From positions 3,872,001-3,936,000 of the forward strand of contig OZ243961.1 of the NCBI GenBank assembly GCA_965214605.1: a stretch of DNA of 64,000 bases, in the 5' to 3' direction. How positions within the stretch are numbered: position 1 is the stretch's first letter; each line of letters begins with the position of its first letter. This stretch comes from an uncultured Candidatus Binatia bacterium (GTDB lineage Bacteria; Desulfobacterota; Binatia; Bin18). Under the pieces are notes generated by a model that was not told the origin of the DNA, did no database searches, and was given only the letters and a program-made list of their open reading frames with translations. Made by a program: the position numbers and the translations under genes. Below are positions 50,754-62,555 of the stretch, in pieces.

Positions 50754-53700
50754 GTTTCAATCTCCTACGGAGCTTTGGATTCGTTTCGACGTCCGCCGGG
50801 TCGATCAGCCCACGACGAATCATTTCGTTTCAATCTCCTACGGAGCTTTGGGTTCGTTTCGACCGCAAAGACCCAGAGAAGTTCGGGTATAAAATTGTTC
50901 CGTTTCAATCTCCTACGGAGCTTTGGGTTCGTTTCGACGAACATATTTTTGATGGGAAAAATACTTTAGTATTGTTTCAATCTCCTACGGAGCTTTGGGT
51001 TCGTTTCGACCAGAAGAAGGCTATCACGCCTGGGGACAACTTTTATTTCGTTTCAATCTCCTACGGAGCTTTGGGTTCGTTTCGACCCTGTTTTTCCCAG
51101 AACGGGGAAACCCGGTACTACGTGTTTCAATCTCCTACGGAGCTTTGGGTTCGTTTCGACTGTCTGTCTCAAGCGGCACGATCAGCCGCTTGTCATAGTT
51201 TCAATCTCCTACGGAGCTTTGGGTTCGTTTCGACCTTGAGGGTCTTCACGACCCGGTCAATAATGGTGAGGGTTTCAATCTCCTACGGAGCTTTGGGTTC
51301 GTTTCGACCGCCATGGAGCGCGGCGCGTCGAATAAGTATCCGACGGTTTCAATCTCCTACGGAGCTTTGGGTTCGTTTCGACCCTAGCCCTGGTCCCTCC
51401 TGCTCCAGCCCTCCCTGCTGTTTCAATCTCCTACGGAGCTTTGGGTTCGTTTCGACTCCCCCTGAAGCCCTTTTTGTGGGCTTCACGAGTCAGTTTCAAT
51501 CTCCTACGGAGCTTTGGGTTCGTTTCGACCCTAGAGCCAGCCAAAAGGAGATAACTATGGTTAATTGGTTTCAATCTCCTACGGAGCTTTGGGTTCGTTT
51601 CGACCGCCGAGCGGGAACTGCAAAAGCACTATCAGCTTGTTTCAATCTCCTACGGAGCTTTGGGTTCGTTTCGACCTTGAATGTGACTTAAGAGCTTGGT
51701 TCACCTACTTCTGTTTCAATCTCCTACGGAGCTTTGGGTTCGTTTCGACCAGGGACAGGGTGAGCAGAGAAGATCAGCTCGTTGAGGGTTTCAATCTCCT
51801 ACGGAGCTTTGGGTTCGTTTCGACGTCTCCCGCTCACCCTCCCTCCAACGAGTCGGCCCTGTTTCAATCTCCTACGGAGCTTTGGGTTCGTTTCGACTGC
51901 TCACTCCCTGCTCACTCCCTCCTTGGCTCACCCTGTTTCAATCTCCTACGGAGCTTTGGGTTCGTTTCGACGTCTCCCGCTCACCCTCCCTCCAACGAGT
52001 CGGCCCTGTTTCAATCTCCTACGGAGCTTTGGGTTCGTTTCGACCTCACGAAATGTTCCAACTCTTGCTTTGTCTACATCAGGTTTCAATCTCCTACGGA
52101 GCTTTGGGTTCGTTTCGACCTGGTAATCCCGCCAGCTCTTGCGCGGGCCTTTATAAATGGTTTCAATCTCCTACGGAGCTTTGGGTTCGTTTCGACATAG
52201 TCCCCTCACCGATAGGTAAAGCCGAGAATGCCAGTTTCAATCTCCTACGGAGCTTTGGGTTCGTTTCGACCCTGCAGTTTGTCGCGGACCGGCTGGGAGT
52301 GCGACCGGTTTCAATCTCCTACGGAGCTTTGGGTTCGTTTCGACCGGCGGTTCCGCGTTGCTTGGAGCCCGGGTACCCCCGAGTTTCAATCTCCTACGGA
52401 GCTTTGGGTTCGTTTCGACCCCCAGAACCCGGGTTATGCCCTGTCCGGCGAACTGAAGTTTCAATCTCCTACGGAGCTTTGGGTTCGTTTCGACCCACAG
52501 CGCCTGCTGGCCAACCACCTGGCCGCGTGACCGTTTCAATCTCCTACGGAGCTTTGGGTTCGTTTCGACCCGCAGGAGTGAGGTCGCCGGCCAAATTGCC
52601 CGTGCGAGTTTCAATCTCCTACGGAGCTTTGGGTTCGTTTCGACCCCTGTGAAGCCTCCACCCCAAGGCAAGGCACTCGCCTCAAGTTTCAATCTCCTAC
52701 GGAGCTTTGGGTTCGTTTCGACCCAATGCGTTCAACACCTCGTACACGCAAAATATCGTCGCGTTTCAATCTCCTACGGAGCTTTGGGTTCGTTTCGACC
52801 CCCGGGCAGCTCGTCATCTCAAGCCGCTATCTCGAGCGGTTTCAATCTCCTACGGAGCTTTGGGTTCGTTTCGACCCACCGGACAATATGACCGGTTGGC
52901 GGATGCCATAGTAGTTTCAATCTCCTACGGAGCTTTGGGTTCGTTTCGACCCCCTGGGGTAAGGTCCCCAGCAAGGTTACCAGTACGAGTTTCAATCTCC
53001 TACGGAGCTTTGGGTTCGTTTCGACCCCGACATAAGTAGCGTGGGTCTCAAGGCCAAGAAGGTTTCAATCTCCTACGGAGCTTTGGGTTCGTTTCGACTT
53101 GCTGCTCTGTGTAGGGTTGTCGGCCCAACTCAAGTTTCAATCTCCTACGGAGCTTTGGGTTCGTTTCGACGCCGAAGCTCTCGATGGCCTCGTTGGCGTC
53201 GCCGCGTTTCAATCTCCTACGGAGCTTTGGGTTCGTTTCGACCCCCAGACGGCCGCTGAGGCCGAAAAATCGGTATCGGTTTCAATCTCCTACGGAGCTT
53301 TGGGTTCGTTTCGACCGAACGCGGATAGGGAGCTCGCCTCTCTGCCGCGAGGCGTTTCAATCTCCTACGGAGCTTTGGGTTCGTTTCGACCCAGTTGAAA
53401 AGTTGATAATCCGGCCACGATCGCCAAAGTTTCAATCTCCTACGGAGCTTTGGGTTCGTTTCGACCCCAACTCCCCGAGTTCCATGGCCAAGTTCGCGGT
53501 CGCGTTTCAATCTCCTACGGAGCTTTGGGTTCGTTTCGACCCCAAGCGCGTCCGCCGCGTTCTTGACACGTATGGATGTTTCAATCTCCTACGGAGCTTT
53601 GGGTTCGTTTCGACCCCGCCCCCGCACTCCGCCCCACGTCGAACCCAGATCAGTTTCAATCTCCTACGGAGCTTTGGGTTCGTTTCGACCCGTCCCGAGG

Positions 53701-56384
53701 CGATCAACCAACTCACCCTTACCCTAGGTTTCAATCTCCTACGGAGCTTTGGGTTCGTTTCGACCTCACATCATTCCGTTACGCGTTTGACGGTCCATTC
53801 GGTTTCAATCTCCTACGGAGCTTTGGGTTCGTTTCGACCGCGATGTGGCTCCAGCCTGCGAGCAGCTTGCTCTTAGTTTCAATCTCCTACGGAGCTTTGG
53901 GTTCGTTTCGACCCCATGATATCAGGGCTGCTGGGTGTCCCGGCGGTCCGGTTTCAATCTCCTACGGAGCTTTGGGTTCGTTTCGACCCTCTGAGTTGCC
54001 TCTCTCACGCGTATGCGTGTTTTGTTTCAATCTCCTACGGAGCTTTGGGTTCGTTTCGACCCCGGCGCGTCACCCGGGCACCGCAAGGGGACGAGCTCGT
54101 TTCAATCTCCTACGGAGCTTTGGGTTCGTTTCGACCCTGGCCGATCGTAGTGCGGCCGGACGTCTTTGTCCGTGTTTCAATCTCCTACGGAGCTTTGGGT
54201 TCGTTTCGACCCTGCCAGAACTCCACGCACCATCCGTTGTTTTTCTGCCGTTTCAATCTCCTACGGAGCTTTGGGTTCGTTTCGACCCTCGAACCGCTGC
54301 GGGAGCGTAAACTGGCCGTTCGACGTTTCAATCTCCTACGGAGCTTTGGGTTCGTTTCGACCCCGGCCTGCAAGGCCGCCGCGGCCTCGTCACAGCGCGG
54401 TTTCAATCTCCTACGGAGCTTTGGGTTCGTTTCGACCCGGGAGGGAGCTCCTCCCGGTAGAGGTCATTCTTCCGGTTTCAATCTCCTACGGAGCTTTGGG
54501 TTCGTTTCGACGCCGCGACACAAGCCGAACCCTTTGTCTGGAGGATTCGTTTCAATCTCCTACGGAGCTTTGGGTTCGTTTCGACTCAACGCCGTACTCA
54601 CAACGGAGATGGTGATCGCAATGTTTCAATCTCCTACGGAGCTTTGGGTTCGTTTCGACCTCGCTTAAATCGTTCTTGGTGTTGTCTAGCCTGGTGTTTC
54701 AATCTCCTACGGAGCTTTGGGTTCGTTTCGACCCAAGCAGAATCCTCGCATTATCACGTTGCTTGATTTGATTGTTTCAATCTCCTACGGAGCTTTGGGT
54801 TCGTTTCGACCACACTATGCCCGCGGGGAATATGAAAAAGCAAAAGAGTTTCAATCTCCTACGGAGCTTTGGGTTCGTTTCGACCCCCGGAACAGGTCGA
54901 TGTGTTTATGTGCTTTAATGGAGGTTTCAATCTCCTACGGAGCTTTGGGTTCGTTTCGACCCATGCCCGGTCGGACACCGCTGTGGGCATTCGTGAGCAT
55001 GTTTCAATCTCCTACGGAGCTTTGGGTTCGTTTCGACCCCAAATAAGCGGATGTACGACGGCAATCTACTATTCAGTTTCAATCTCCTACGGAGCTTTGG
55101 GTTCGTTTCGACCCCAATCTCCAGAAAGTCTATGTGCTCTTGCCGTCACGAGTTTCAATCTCCTACGGAGCTTTGGGTTCGTTTCGACCCTCCGATTACG
55201 GAGGCTTAAGCAGTCGGTTAGAATGTGTTTCAATCTCCTACGGAGCTTTGGGTTCGTTTCGACCAACTGTTTAACCTTGCACGGGCATAGTGTGGATTAT
55301 GTTTCAATCTCCTACGGAGCTTTGGGTTCGTTTCGACCCAGGATGTTGCCGGCCGCGTCTTTCTGGCTGATCTGTTTCAATCTCCTACGGAGCTTTGGGT
55401 TCGTTTCGACCGGACAGAGCAGCGTATATATAGGTATAGGAAAGGAGGTTTCAATCTCCTACGGAGCTTTGGGTTCGTTTCGACCCCTTCGCAATCTGGA
55501 TGCCATCGGAACGTTAATCGGGTTTCAATCTCCTACGGAGCTTTGGGTTCGTTTCGACCCACGGTAATTGAGAAGACAACTAATCCCCCCCGAGTATAGT
55601 TTCAATCTCCTACGGAGCTTTGGGTTCGTTTCGACCCGCCATCGCACGGCCCATCCCCAGGGGGTCGACAGGTTTCAATCTCCTACGGAGCTTTGGGTTC
55701 GTTTCGACCCCCCCCCGCGATGCCCCGGGACAATTCCGCCTTCGTGGGGTTTCAATCTCCTACGGAGCTTTGGGTTCGTTTCGACCCCTGATGAACAACC
55801 GACACGAGGATCGCAAAAGGTTGTTGTTTCAATCTCCTACGGAGCTTTGGGTTCGTTTCGACCGTGGAAGAGCAATAAAAATCGATTCTCCCTGCCTGAG
55901 TTTCAATCTCCTACGGAGCTTTGGGTTCGTTTCGACCGAAACCACATCGACACCAAAGACCATCTTGAACTCGGTTTCAATCTCCTACGGAGCTTTGGGT
56001 TCGTTTCGACCCCCCGGCCACAGGTCCGGCGGTGACGGCGGATCATGCTCGTTTCAATCTCCTACGGAGCTTTGGGTTCGTTTCGACCCCGGCTCAGGCG
56101 CCGGCTCAGGAGGCTCCCCATAAAGTTTCAATCTCCTACGGAGCTTTGGGTTCGTTTCGACCCAGGGCATCCCAGGTCGGCCGCGTCCTGGAGCCAGGGT
56201 TTCAATCTCCTACGGAGCTTTGGGTTCGTTTCGACCCATGATCTCTATCGGTCGGACACGGGGCCCACGGTGGTTTCAATCTCCTACGGAGCTTTGGGTT
56301 CGTTTCGACCCCGTCCATACCTGGCCCGGCTCGAGATTCAAAAGGCGGTTTCAATCTCCTACGGAGCTTTGGGTTCGTTTCGAC
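50754..56384 (-). CRISPR. Type I-D CRISPR array, 76 repeats / 75 spacers (manual count)
   Basis: 37-bp repeat GTCGAAACGAACCCAAAGCTCCGTAGGAGATTGAAAC on the minus strand; spacers about 34-41 bp; one-mismatch trailer repeat at 50754. Confidence 0.98.
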
Positions 56385-56583
56385 CCCCCCTAGGGCATTT
56401 TTCTTGTAAAATCAGGATCTTAAGGACCCTTTGGCGCGGGTCGCTGGTTTTCAGATGAATTTCTGAGCCTCTCCTCCCTACCTTTGGCAGTTGCATCTTC
56501 TCAACTCCTTGATCCTTCGGTATTTTCAAATAAACGCGGATCTACCCATATTTGATCAACAGCTTCGATACGCGCTGGATGAG
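56385..56583 (-). promoter_or_regulatory. CRISPR leader
   Basis: AT-richer non-coding stretch between cas2 and the first repeat. Confidence 0.8.
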
Positions 56584-56859
56584 CTAGATAATGACCGCTC
56601 CTTCTTTTCGCGGTTTTTCTCCGCCTATACGTTTGATTTGTTGTTTGCAATGCTCACACAGAAAATAGAAGCGCACGCTATCATCCTCGCCCGGCCTGAT
56701 GAATTCGTTCAACCGGTCCTTTAAACGCGCCAGGTTCATTTTGTCAAGTTCACACTCAAAAACGCTATACTGCATCCACTGACCAAAATTCTTGAGCGTC
56801 TTAAAAACACGATTGCGTCGTTTGTCGCTGCGGATATCGTACGAGATGATAACAAACAT
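56584..56859 (-). CDS. cas2: CRISPR-associated Cas2
   Basis: ISYDIRSDKRR..QYSVFEC..DSVRFY. Confidence 0.95.
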   Translation of the reverse strand: MFVIISYDIRSDKRRNRVFKTLKNFGQWMQYSVFECELDKMNLARLKDRLNEFIRPGEDDSVRFYFLCEHCKQQIKRIGGEKPRKEGAVII

Positions 56860-56882
56860 GCTCTTATTCCTTCCACTGAGTA

Positions 56883-57884
56883 TTATCGCACCACAAATGG
56901 CTCATACCGTTCGATCTCTCCCTGAACGCACTTGGCTAGGATGCGTGCCTGGAGTTCAAAACATCGTTGATATGTCGCGCGGTATGTAAACACCGGATGC
57001 TGTATTTCTGTTTGTTTGCGGACCTCGTATTGTGCTAGGAACTTCTTTCGTGCTTCTGGCTTGAGACGATGAACCTTTCCTAGGCTGACTTCGAAATCCG
57101 TAGTTTGAAGAACCCGCTTGTTGAGGCATGTTAAGACAACTGCGTCTACTACAATTGGGCGAAACTCCTCCATGAGATCCAAGGCCAATGACGGACGGCC
57201 ATACCGGTCGGCGTGCAAGTAACCGCAGTACGGATCAAACCCCAATACCTGTATAGCCGCGTGTATATCGCTGGCCAGCAGCGCATAACCAAAGCTGAGC
57301 AAAGCATTGACTGGGTCAGTCGGTGGCCGTCGCACGCGCTTTGGAAAAGAGACGCCCTCGGCTTTGATGAGCTGATTAAAGACGCTGAAATAGGCGGCTG
57401 AGCCCTCGCCCTCATGGCCACGCAGCGCGTCGAGATCTTCTGCACCCGCAAGGTGGCGTTCTGCTCGTCTGATTGTTTCCACGGTCCTATCAAGGTTCAA
57501 TCCTTCGGTATTGCGAGCCGCCCGTAATAATGTCACTCGAAGATTTGCTAGCTTGCCAGCAACAAATCCTCTGGCCAAAGTTAGGGTTCGATCCCGGTCA
57601 AAGGCCGCTACATATTGCGCCCGTCGAAGCAGCGAATTTTTGGACAAGGCGGGTTCAATGCGGCCGATATATCGGCCATGTTCCGTCAGATAAGTGAGGC
57701 AGACGCTTCTGTCCATCAAGGCCGCTACTGTGTGGGGTGTTACCGTTACCCGTCCCACTACCACGACCTGAGAAACTTTGAGCATGGGCAGGTCAAGTAG
57801 CTTTTTACCCTTGAGGGTGACCTTGAGGCGTTCATCTTCTTTGCGTAGTACCGAGTCCTGTTGAGTAAGATAGAGTGTAGACAT
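56883..57884 (-). CDS. cas1: CRISPR-associated Cas1 (type I-D)
   Basis: LRGHEG..AAYF; RRPPTDPVNALLSFGY; LALDLMEEFRP. Confidence 0.95.
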   Translation of the reverse strand: MSTLYLTQQDSVLRKEDERLKVTLKGKKLLDLPMLKVSQVVVVGRVTVTPHTVAALMDRSVCLTYLTEHGRYIGRIEPALSKNSLLRRAQYVAAFDRDRTLTLARGFVAGKLANLRVTLLRAARNTEGLNLDRTVETIRRAERHLAGAEDLDALRGHEGEGSAAYFSVFNQLIKAEGVSFPKRVRRPPTDPVNALLSFGYALLASDIHAAIQVLGFDPYCGYLHADRYGRPSLALDLMEEFRPIVVDAVVLTCLNKRVLQTTDFEVSLGKVHRLKPEARKKFLAQYEVRKQTEIQHPVFTYRATYQRCFELQARILAKCVQGEIERYEPFVVR

Positions 57885-57910
57885 AGGAAGAGGCTGTAGA
57901 CTGTGGGGAT

Positions 57911-58507
57911 TTACTCCTTGCTCGAGGGAGTCCGACCGCTCTGTAGCCGAGCGGTCTCTTTTGGAAGACAGAGGCCGTGTAAGCTGCAACCCTCGCAACG
58001 GGGAGTATAGGGGTTTGGTGGGCGCTGGCCGGACTCAATTAGCCGACGAACGACGCTAATCGTCTCAATTGTTTGCCGACGTAACATTTTGGTAAACTGC
58101 ACCTCCTTGCGTCGCCCTGTGGAGGCATAAAACAGATAGCCTTTTGGAATCTCCTGCCCCTGCATCTCCTCAAGACACAGGGCTTGAGCGCAGAGCTGGA
58201 GCTCATCGTTCGTCCACTTTCCGCGTCGACCTTTTTTGTGTTCAACCGGATAGAGCAAACCCGCTTTCTCTTCAATAACATCGGCCTTTCCGGTGAGACC
58301 GTAGGCATGAGAGTAGAGATATACGCTACGAAGCTGCAAGATGTCGTCCCGTCTGGTCGTTTCGTCAGAGTGCGAACGAGTGTGTTGAAGCGTGCCTTCT
58401 ACTGTATGTTCGTTGTCGAGAAAGGTATTTTCAACGAACAGATAATAACACCTCCGGGGGCAGTATTCGTATTGGTTCAAAGCAGAGATGTAGATGTAAT
58501 CGTCCAT
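57911..58507 (-). CDS. cas4: CRISPR-associated Cas4
   Basis: YCPRR; GKAD; PVEHK; QLCAQ; CxxCxxxxxC. Confidence 0.95.
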   Translation of the reverse strand: MDDYIYISALNQYEYCPRRCYYLFVENTFLDNEHTVEGTLQHTRSHSDETTRRDDILQLRSVYLYSHAYGLTGKADVIEEKAGLLYPVEHKKGRRGKWTNDELQLCAQALCLEEMQGQEIPKGYLFYASTGRRKEVQFTKMLRRQTIETISVVRRLIESGQRPPNPYTPRCEGCSLHGLCLPKETARLQSGRTPSSKE

Positions 58508-58522
58508 AAGAGAACCTGTCGC

Positions 58523-59377
58523 TTAAGCCCTAATCCTCCGAGCCATTCCAAAGCCCATCGTCGTGCGCGCGCCAATACCAGAGAAGAAGGCCAGATCGGC
58601 AAGCGCGTTGAGTTGCTTGTTTAGCTCTCCTATGGCGCTGCCGCACAAGCGGAAATGGCAGGTGCCAACGAATCCAGGAAACCCTGTCGTGCGGTATTGT
58701 CCGTCGGCCCTTGGAAACACGAGCCGTGCCTGCTGCGATGAAATGCGGTGGGACATCATTTCCAGATTATGAGCAAAGATATCTTTCAGCAGCGCTTCAT
58801 CAGGAAAGGGTAGGGGAGAGAACTGGTTCCAGTTTTGGAGCAGGCTACCAAAAAGCAACTCCGGTAAGGGGAGGGGAACCATCAAATCCGGGTAGGCGGC
58901 CCCCCCCCCACGTTTGAAGAACGTTGGCGTGACAAAGTGGAAGGAAAAGAGTTTTTCTTCCACTGAGGCCTGGTCGTATATATCCTCAAAAGAACAACAG
59001 CCCGCCCAAGCTTCATTGCTGTGTGGAGTGCTCAGAATACGGGCGACTGTCAAGTCCGTCCGGACCAGCTCAAGCCTGAGAGCTGGCGCAGTCAGAAAAT
59101 AACGGGATAGAAGAGGATAGATCGCATCATCCAGAAAGGTGAATCGAATTCTCAGTTCCTCGCCTGCACGTATCTTCTCTGCCCGCCGCTGACGATCGTC
59201 CAGCAGAAGAGTAGTGGAAAAGGGCTTGAGCCCGGATATATCATGGACCTCATCCCCTTTGGCTACGCTTGCCTTTTGGAGCAGTTCATAAAAGATACCG
59301 TGCAGGATCTTACCCTGGGTGTGAAGCACGGGCATATCCGTACTGGGGAAGGCGTAAATGACGAGGGCGTAGGGCAT
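58523..59377 (-). CDS. cas6: CRISPR-associated Cas6
   Basis: KPFS; FVTPT; GIGARTTMGFG. Confidence 0.95.
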   Translation of the reverse strand: MPYALVIYAFPSTDMPVLHTQGKILHGIFYELLQKASVAKGDEVHDISGLKPFSTTLLLDDRQRRAEKIRAGEELRIRFTFLDDAIYPLLSRYFLTAPALRLELVRTDLTVARILSTPHSNEAWAGCCSFEDIYDQASVEEKLFSFHFVTPTFFKRGGGAAYPDLMVPLPLPELLFGSLLQNWNQFSPLPFPDEALLKDIFAHNLEMMSHRISSQQARLVFPRADGQYRTTGFPGFVGTCHFRLCGSAIGELNKQLNALADLAFFSGIGARTTMGFGMARRIRA

Positions 59378-59443
59378 GATTAAATCTCCTGAAAAGTTTA
59401 AAAATTTTTTCGCTGGCTACAAAGAACCCTATAGCTTCACTCA

Positions 59444-61789
59444 CTATGCTATCCACCACTCTCCCGTCTGTCGTTTGAGCGACCAACCATAACGACCCAT
59501 GACCTTATAACCATCTAAGCCATCTAGAAGGCGGAGTTTTCTTGGAGGGGAACAATCTTCTGCAAAGGTGATGTTGAGATCCGTATAATGAATTCCCTCC
59601 CGGATAAGCCTGCCCCATTGCCAGGGCTTGAGATCATCAGTATCAAGAATAAAGCAGGGGATGTAGCGTGTAGAGAGGACCTCGGTCATCCGATCTAGAT
59701 CTGGAATGGGAACAATTGCTCCCTGTTGTTTCAGACTGAGGGAGAGCTTCGGAAGGGCGGTTGGCTTTTTCGTATAACGCCTCCGAAAATCTCTCCAGCT
59801 ACCTTCAAAATGCCGTATCCAGCTTACCTGTAAAGGCTGATCTAGGATGTCCCGGAGGATAACCTTGAGGTTGCCTTTCTCGGGATGCGACTCTGCCTTG
59901 AGCCGCCAAGAGTAGAATCGGAGGAGGTGAAAAAGCCTGAGTTGTACAGTCTCGCGGGCCGGTGATACCAATCCGTGCGGGTCGTCAGCCTCAATCTCTA
60001 TGCCAATGTCAGGGTTGCGAAAGCTGAATATTGGCCGAAGTGCGACCTCTTCACGGACAAGATAGTCACGAAGTTGTTCCCGGCCCCGGTCCGTGGATAG
60101 AATTTGTTCTACCTTGCCCTTGACCTCCTCTTTGCTTAGAACTAGTTCTCCTTCCTCTCGCGCATATTCGCGTAAAGCCCTGACTACCGCGGTGCCAGGT
60201 TTCATATTGGACTGCCGCAATTCCTGCTGCAAACGGCGGAAGTCCTGCAAACGGCGGATCTCTCCTTTCAGCCTCCGAAGGGTTCTTTTACTCGAAGGAG
60301 CGTAGACCCGCTTAATCCTGTCAAATGTCTGCTCAATGATGTCCCCGTTCTCTCCCAGCAGTCGTTGCATTTCTGATAGCGGTTGGGCCACCTCAAGCAG
60401 GGTATAGGAGCTAATGTATTCTGCAAATGAAGGGCGATGCATATCTCCATTTGCAGCTTCATGTAATAAACTCTTTAGTTCTGTCCGAGAAAGAGCAACG
60501 TCTTCTCCAATTTTTTCATGCAGTCTACGCCAGGGCTCGTCTGGGATGAAGGCAAATCCAAGAGATGGAGCGTCTTGAATTCGTTTGCCTAGGACGCGGC
60601 CTCCGCGTCCTAGGCGTTGCCAAAATTGATCTTCTAACAACGCCTCAAAACCCACAAAGTCGAGGTTTTGTTGATCCTTTGCTCGGCCCTCAAAGTTGAA
60701 ACCAATGTCTACCGTAGGCGTGGCAAGAAGGAGAGGTCTGAAACGAGCCTGTTTTCGTTCCTCCTTTCCCAGTGGGCCGGTTATTCTTCCGACATTCTGT
60801 ACCCCGAGTCTACGCTCGAACTTTCTGGCAAGACGATTCACACCATATAAGCTGTTGAGGAGAATTGCCCCATCGTTTTTTTGCTCAACCAGATTGGCAA
60901 TTTGTTCGATACAGGAGGAAAATTCTCTGGCTGCATCTCGCGTATACGGGAATAGCTCCAGCTCCAACTTGGTCAGGCTTTTGGTTGTCAGACGGTCAGG
61001 CACCGTTGCGGGTTCCGGATCCAATCTTTTGATCGAAATCCCTTCGTCGGCTAATCGCTCAACGAAGAGATTCAGATCCGAATCAGGCGTTGCTGTGAGC
61101 AAACAAATTTTTCTCCGCTCGGTTTGACTAGGCGCGAAGTAGCCAAACGCTTTGGACAGTAGAACAAAGAAGAGTAAGTTAGCGAATTGTTTAGCGTCGT
61201 AGTAGTGGACTTCGTCGATAATAATGTACTGAAACTTACTAATGAACTGCTCGGCGATATTGCGCTGGTCAAGGCGATTAAAGAGGTAGAAAATGCCGTA
61301 ATAAAACAGGTCAGGATTCGTCACCAGGACGAGAGGAGGCTTTGCGCTGCGTTGGGAGTTTTGTGCCTTCAGGACCAGTGATGGGTTGGTGAGAATCCGG
61401 TAGAACCGCTCGCCAGGTCTTTTTCCAAGGGTGTCGGGTAGCTCTCGCAAAAAAGCGGCATCCACGCTCTCCACAACATGAGGCAAGCCAGCGGTTGCGA
61501 TAAATTGCTTCACATCCTGAGCATGTTGTCTTACTAGTTCATTTACCGGAGCGATGAACAGGGTGTTGACCTGTGGGTGATTGAGGAGCCACAGAAGAGC
61601 AGCCTTCGTTTTGCCCGTACCAGTGGGGAAAGCATTGAGGACCATATCGTGCTCTGCCAGGGCCGAAACCGTGTCCATTTGATGTTGGAGGGGGGTGGGC
61701 AATACTCTGTGAATGTTGATCGGGACGGTCTCAGGTGCAGCAATTCGTTCATATTCTGCCCCAAGATGGATACGGATTGGTCTGGTCAT
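59444..61789 (-). CDS. cas3: Type I-D helicase Cas3' (no HD domain)
   Basis: PTGTGKT; TNPD; DEVHYY; TATP; QRLGRGGR. Confidence 0.9.
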   Translation of the reverse strand: MTRPIRIHLGAEYERIAAPETVPINIHRVLPTPLQHQMDTVSALAEHDMVLNAFPTGTGKTKAALLWLLNHPQVNTLFIAPVNELVRQHAQDVKQFIATAGLPHVVESVDAAFLRELPDTLGKRPGERFYRILTNPSLVLKAQNSQRSAKPPLVLVTNPDLFYYGIFYLFNRLDQRNIAEQFISKFQYIIIDEVHYYDAKQFANLLFFVLLSKAFGYFAPSQTERRKICLLTATPDSDLNLFVERLADEGISIKRLDPEPATVPDRLTTKSLTKLELELFPYTRDAAREFSSCIEQIANLVEQKNDGAILLNSLYGVNRLARKFERRLGVQNVGRITGPLGKEERKQARFRPLLLATPTVDIGFNFEGRAKDQQNLDFVGFEALLEDQFWQRLGRGGRVLGKRIQDAPSLGFAFIPDEPWRRLHEKIGEDVALSRTELKSLLHEAANGDMHRPSFAEYISSYTLLEVAQPLSEMQRLLGENGDIIEQTFDRIKRVYAPSSKRTLRRLKGEIRRLQDFRRLQQELRQSNMKPGTAVVRALREYAREEGELVLSKEEVKGKVEQILSTDRGREQLRDYLVREEVALRPIFSFRNPDIGIEIEADDPHGLVSPARETVQLRLFHLLRFYSWRLKAESHPEKGNLKVILRDILDQPLQVSWIRHFEGSWRDFRRRYTKKPTALPKLSLSLKQQGAIVPIPDLDRMTEVLSTRYIPCFILDTDDLKPWQWGRLIREGIHYTDLNITFAEDCSPPRKLRLLDGLDGYKVMGRYGWSLKRQTGEWWIA

Positions 61790-62547
61790 TGTCGGGCCCT
61801 TCGCCGACCTCTTCTACGAGGCGGGGCATCGGCAGGTAATCTGAACATCATTCCGGCCGGTATCCGAATGTCGTCTAGATAGCACATGCGGCCAGAAAGC
61901 TGAGCGTTAATGATGAGCGGGACGGGCGGTAGGTTGAACAGATCATGATAGCCGACCTCGACCGTCGGAGGCAGGTCGAGAGGATTAAGGAATATCTCGA
62001 CCTGCTCGGCCTGAACGTCCTGAGTCGGTGGATCTTGCCATGTCTGAGTGACCTCAAGGCGTATTTTCCCCATAAACTTTCCGAGACGAATGTAGCGAGG
62101 GAGAGAGACAGATTCCCGAGAGAACACATAGCAGCGGAAACGGTTTCCCCGGGAGAGCACGCGGAGTCGTCCTTTCTGGGGGAAGTTGGTAGCTGGAGCA
62201 CGAATGCTGTCAAGACGGACGGCGAGATCGGCAACAATTGCATTGTTTGCCATTTTATACCAGTACGAATCGACCATACCGTTAAAACGCTCAACCTCCA
62301 GCGCGGGTGTTCCCACAGGAGTGCCCGGGGTTACATAGAGACCTTTCTTGTTGAGACCTCCGAGGTCTTCTCGATAGTAAGGGCGGTCCTCTCGGTCTGA
62401 CTGCCGATAGGGCGATAAACAGAACCCCAGCGCATAGGTCAGCGCGTAGTTGCCGAGCACGGGCTCTGTCTGGAACAGTTCATCGATTTCTCGGCTCGCA
62501 AAGAAGACCTTCTCATGCAGGGTGAGATCAAGACGATAGACAAACAT
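61786..62547 (-). CDS. cas5d: Type I-D Cas5/Csc1
   Basis: FFASRE..TEPVLGNYALTYALG; LPRYIRLGKFMGK. Confidence 0.9.
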   Translation of the reverse strand: MFVYRLDLTLHEKVFFASREIDELFQTEPVLGNYALTYALGFCLSPYRQSDREDRPYYREDLGGLNKKGLYVTPGTPVGTPALEVERFNGMVDSYWYKMANNAIVADLAVRLDSIRAPATNFPQKGRLRVLSRGNRFRCYVFSRESVSLPRYIRLGKFMGKIRLEVTQTWQDPPTQDVQAEQVEIFLNPLDLPPTVEVGYHDLFNLPPVPLIINAQLSGRMCYLDDIRIPAGMMFRLPADAPPRRRGRRRARQ

Positions 62548-62555
62548 AAGGCTTC

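Noticed and set aside
50775-56458. Many ORFs of 60-256 aa across the CRISPR array
   Set aside because: They are translations of repeat-spacer units (recurring FQSPTELWVRFD and VSISYGALGSFR).
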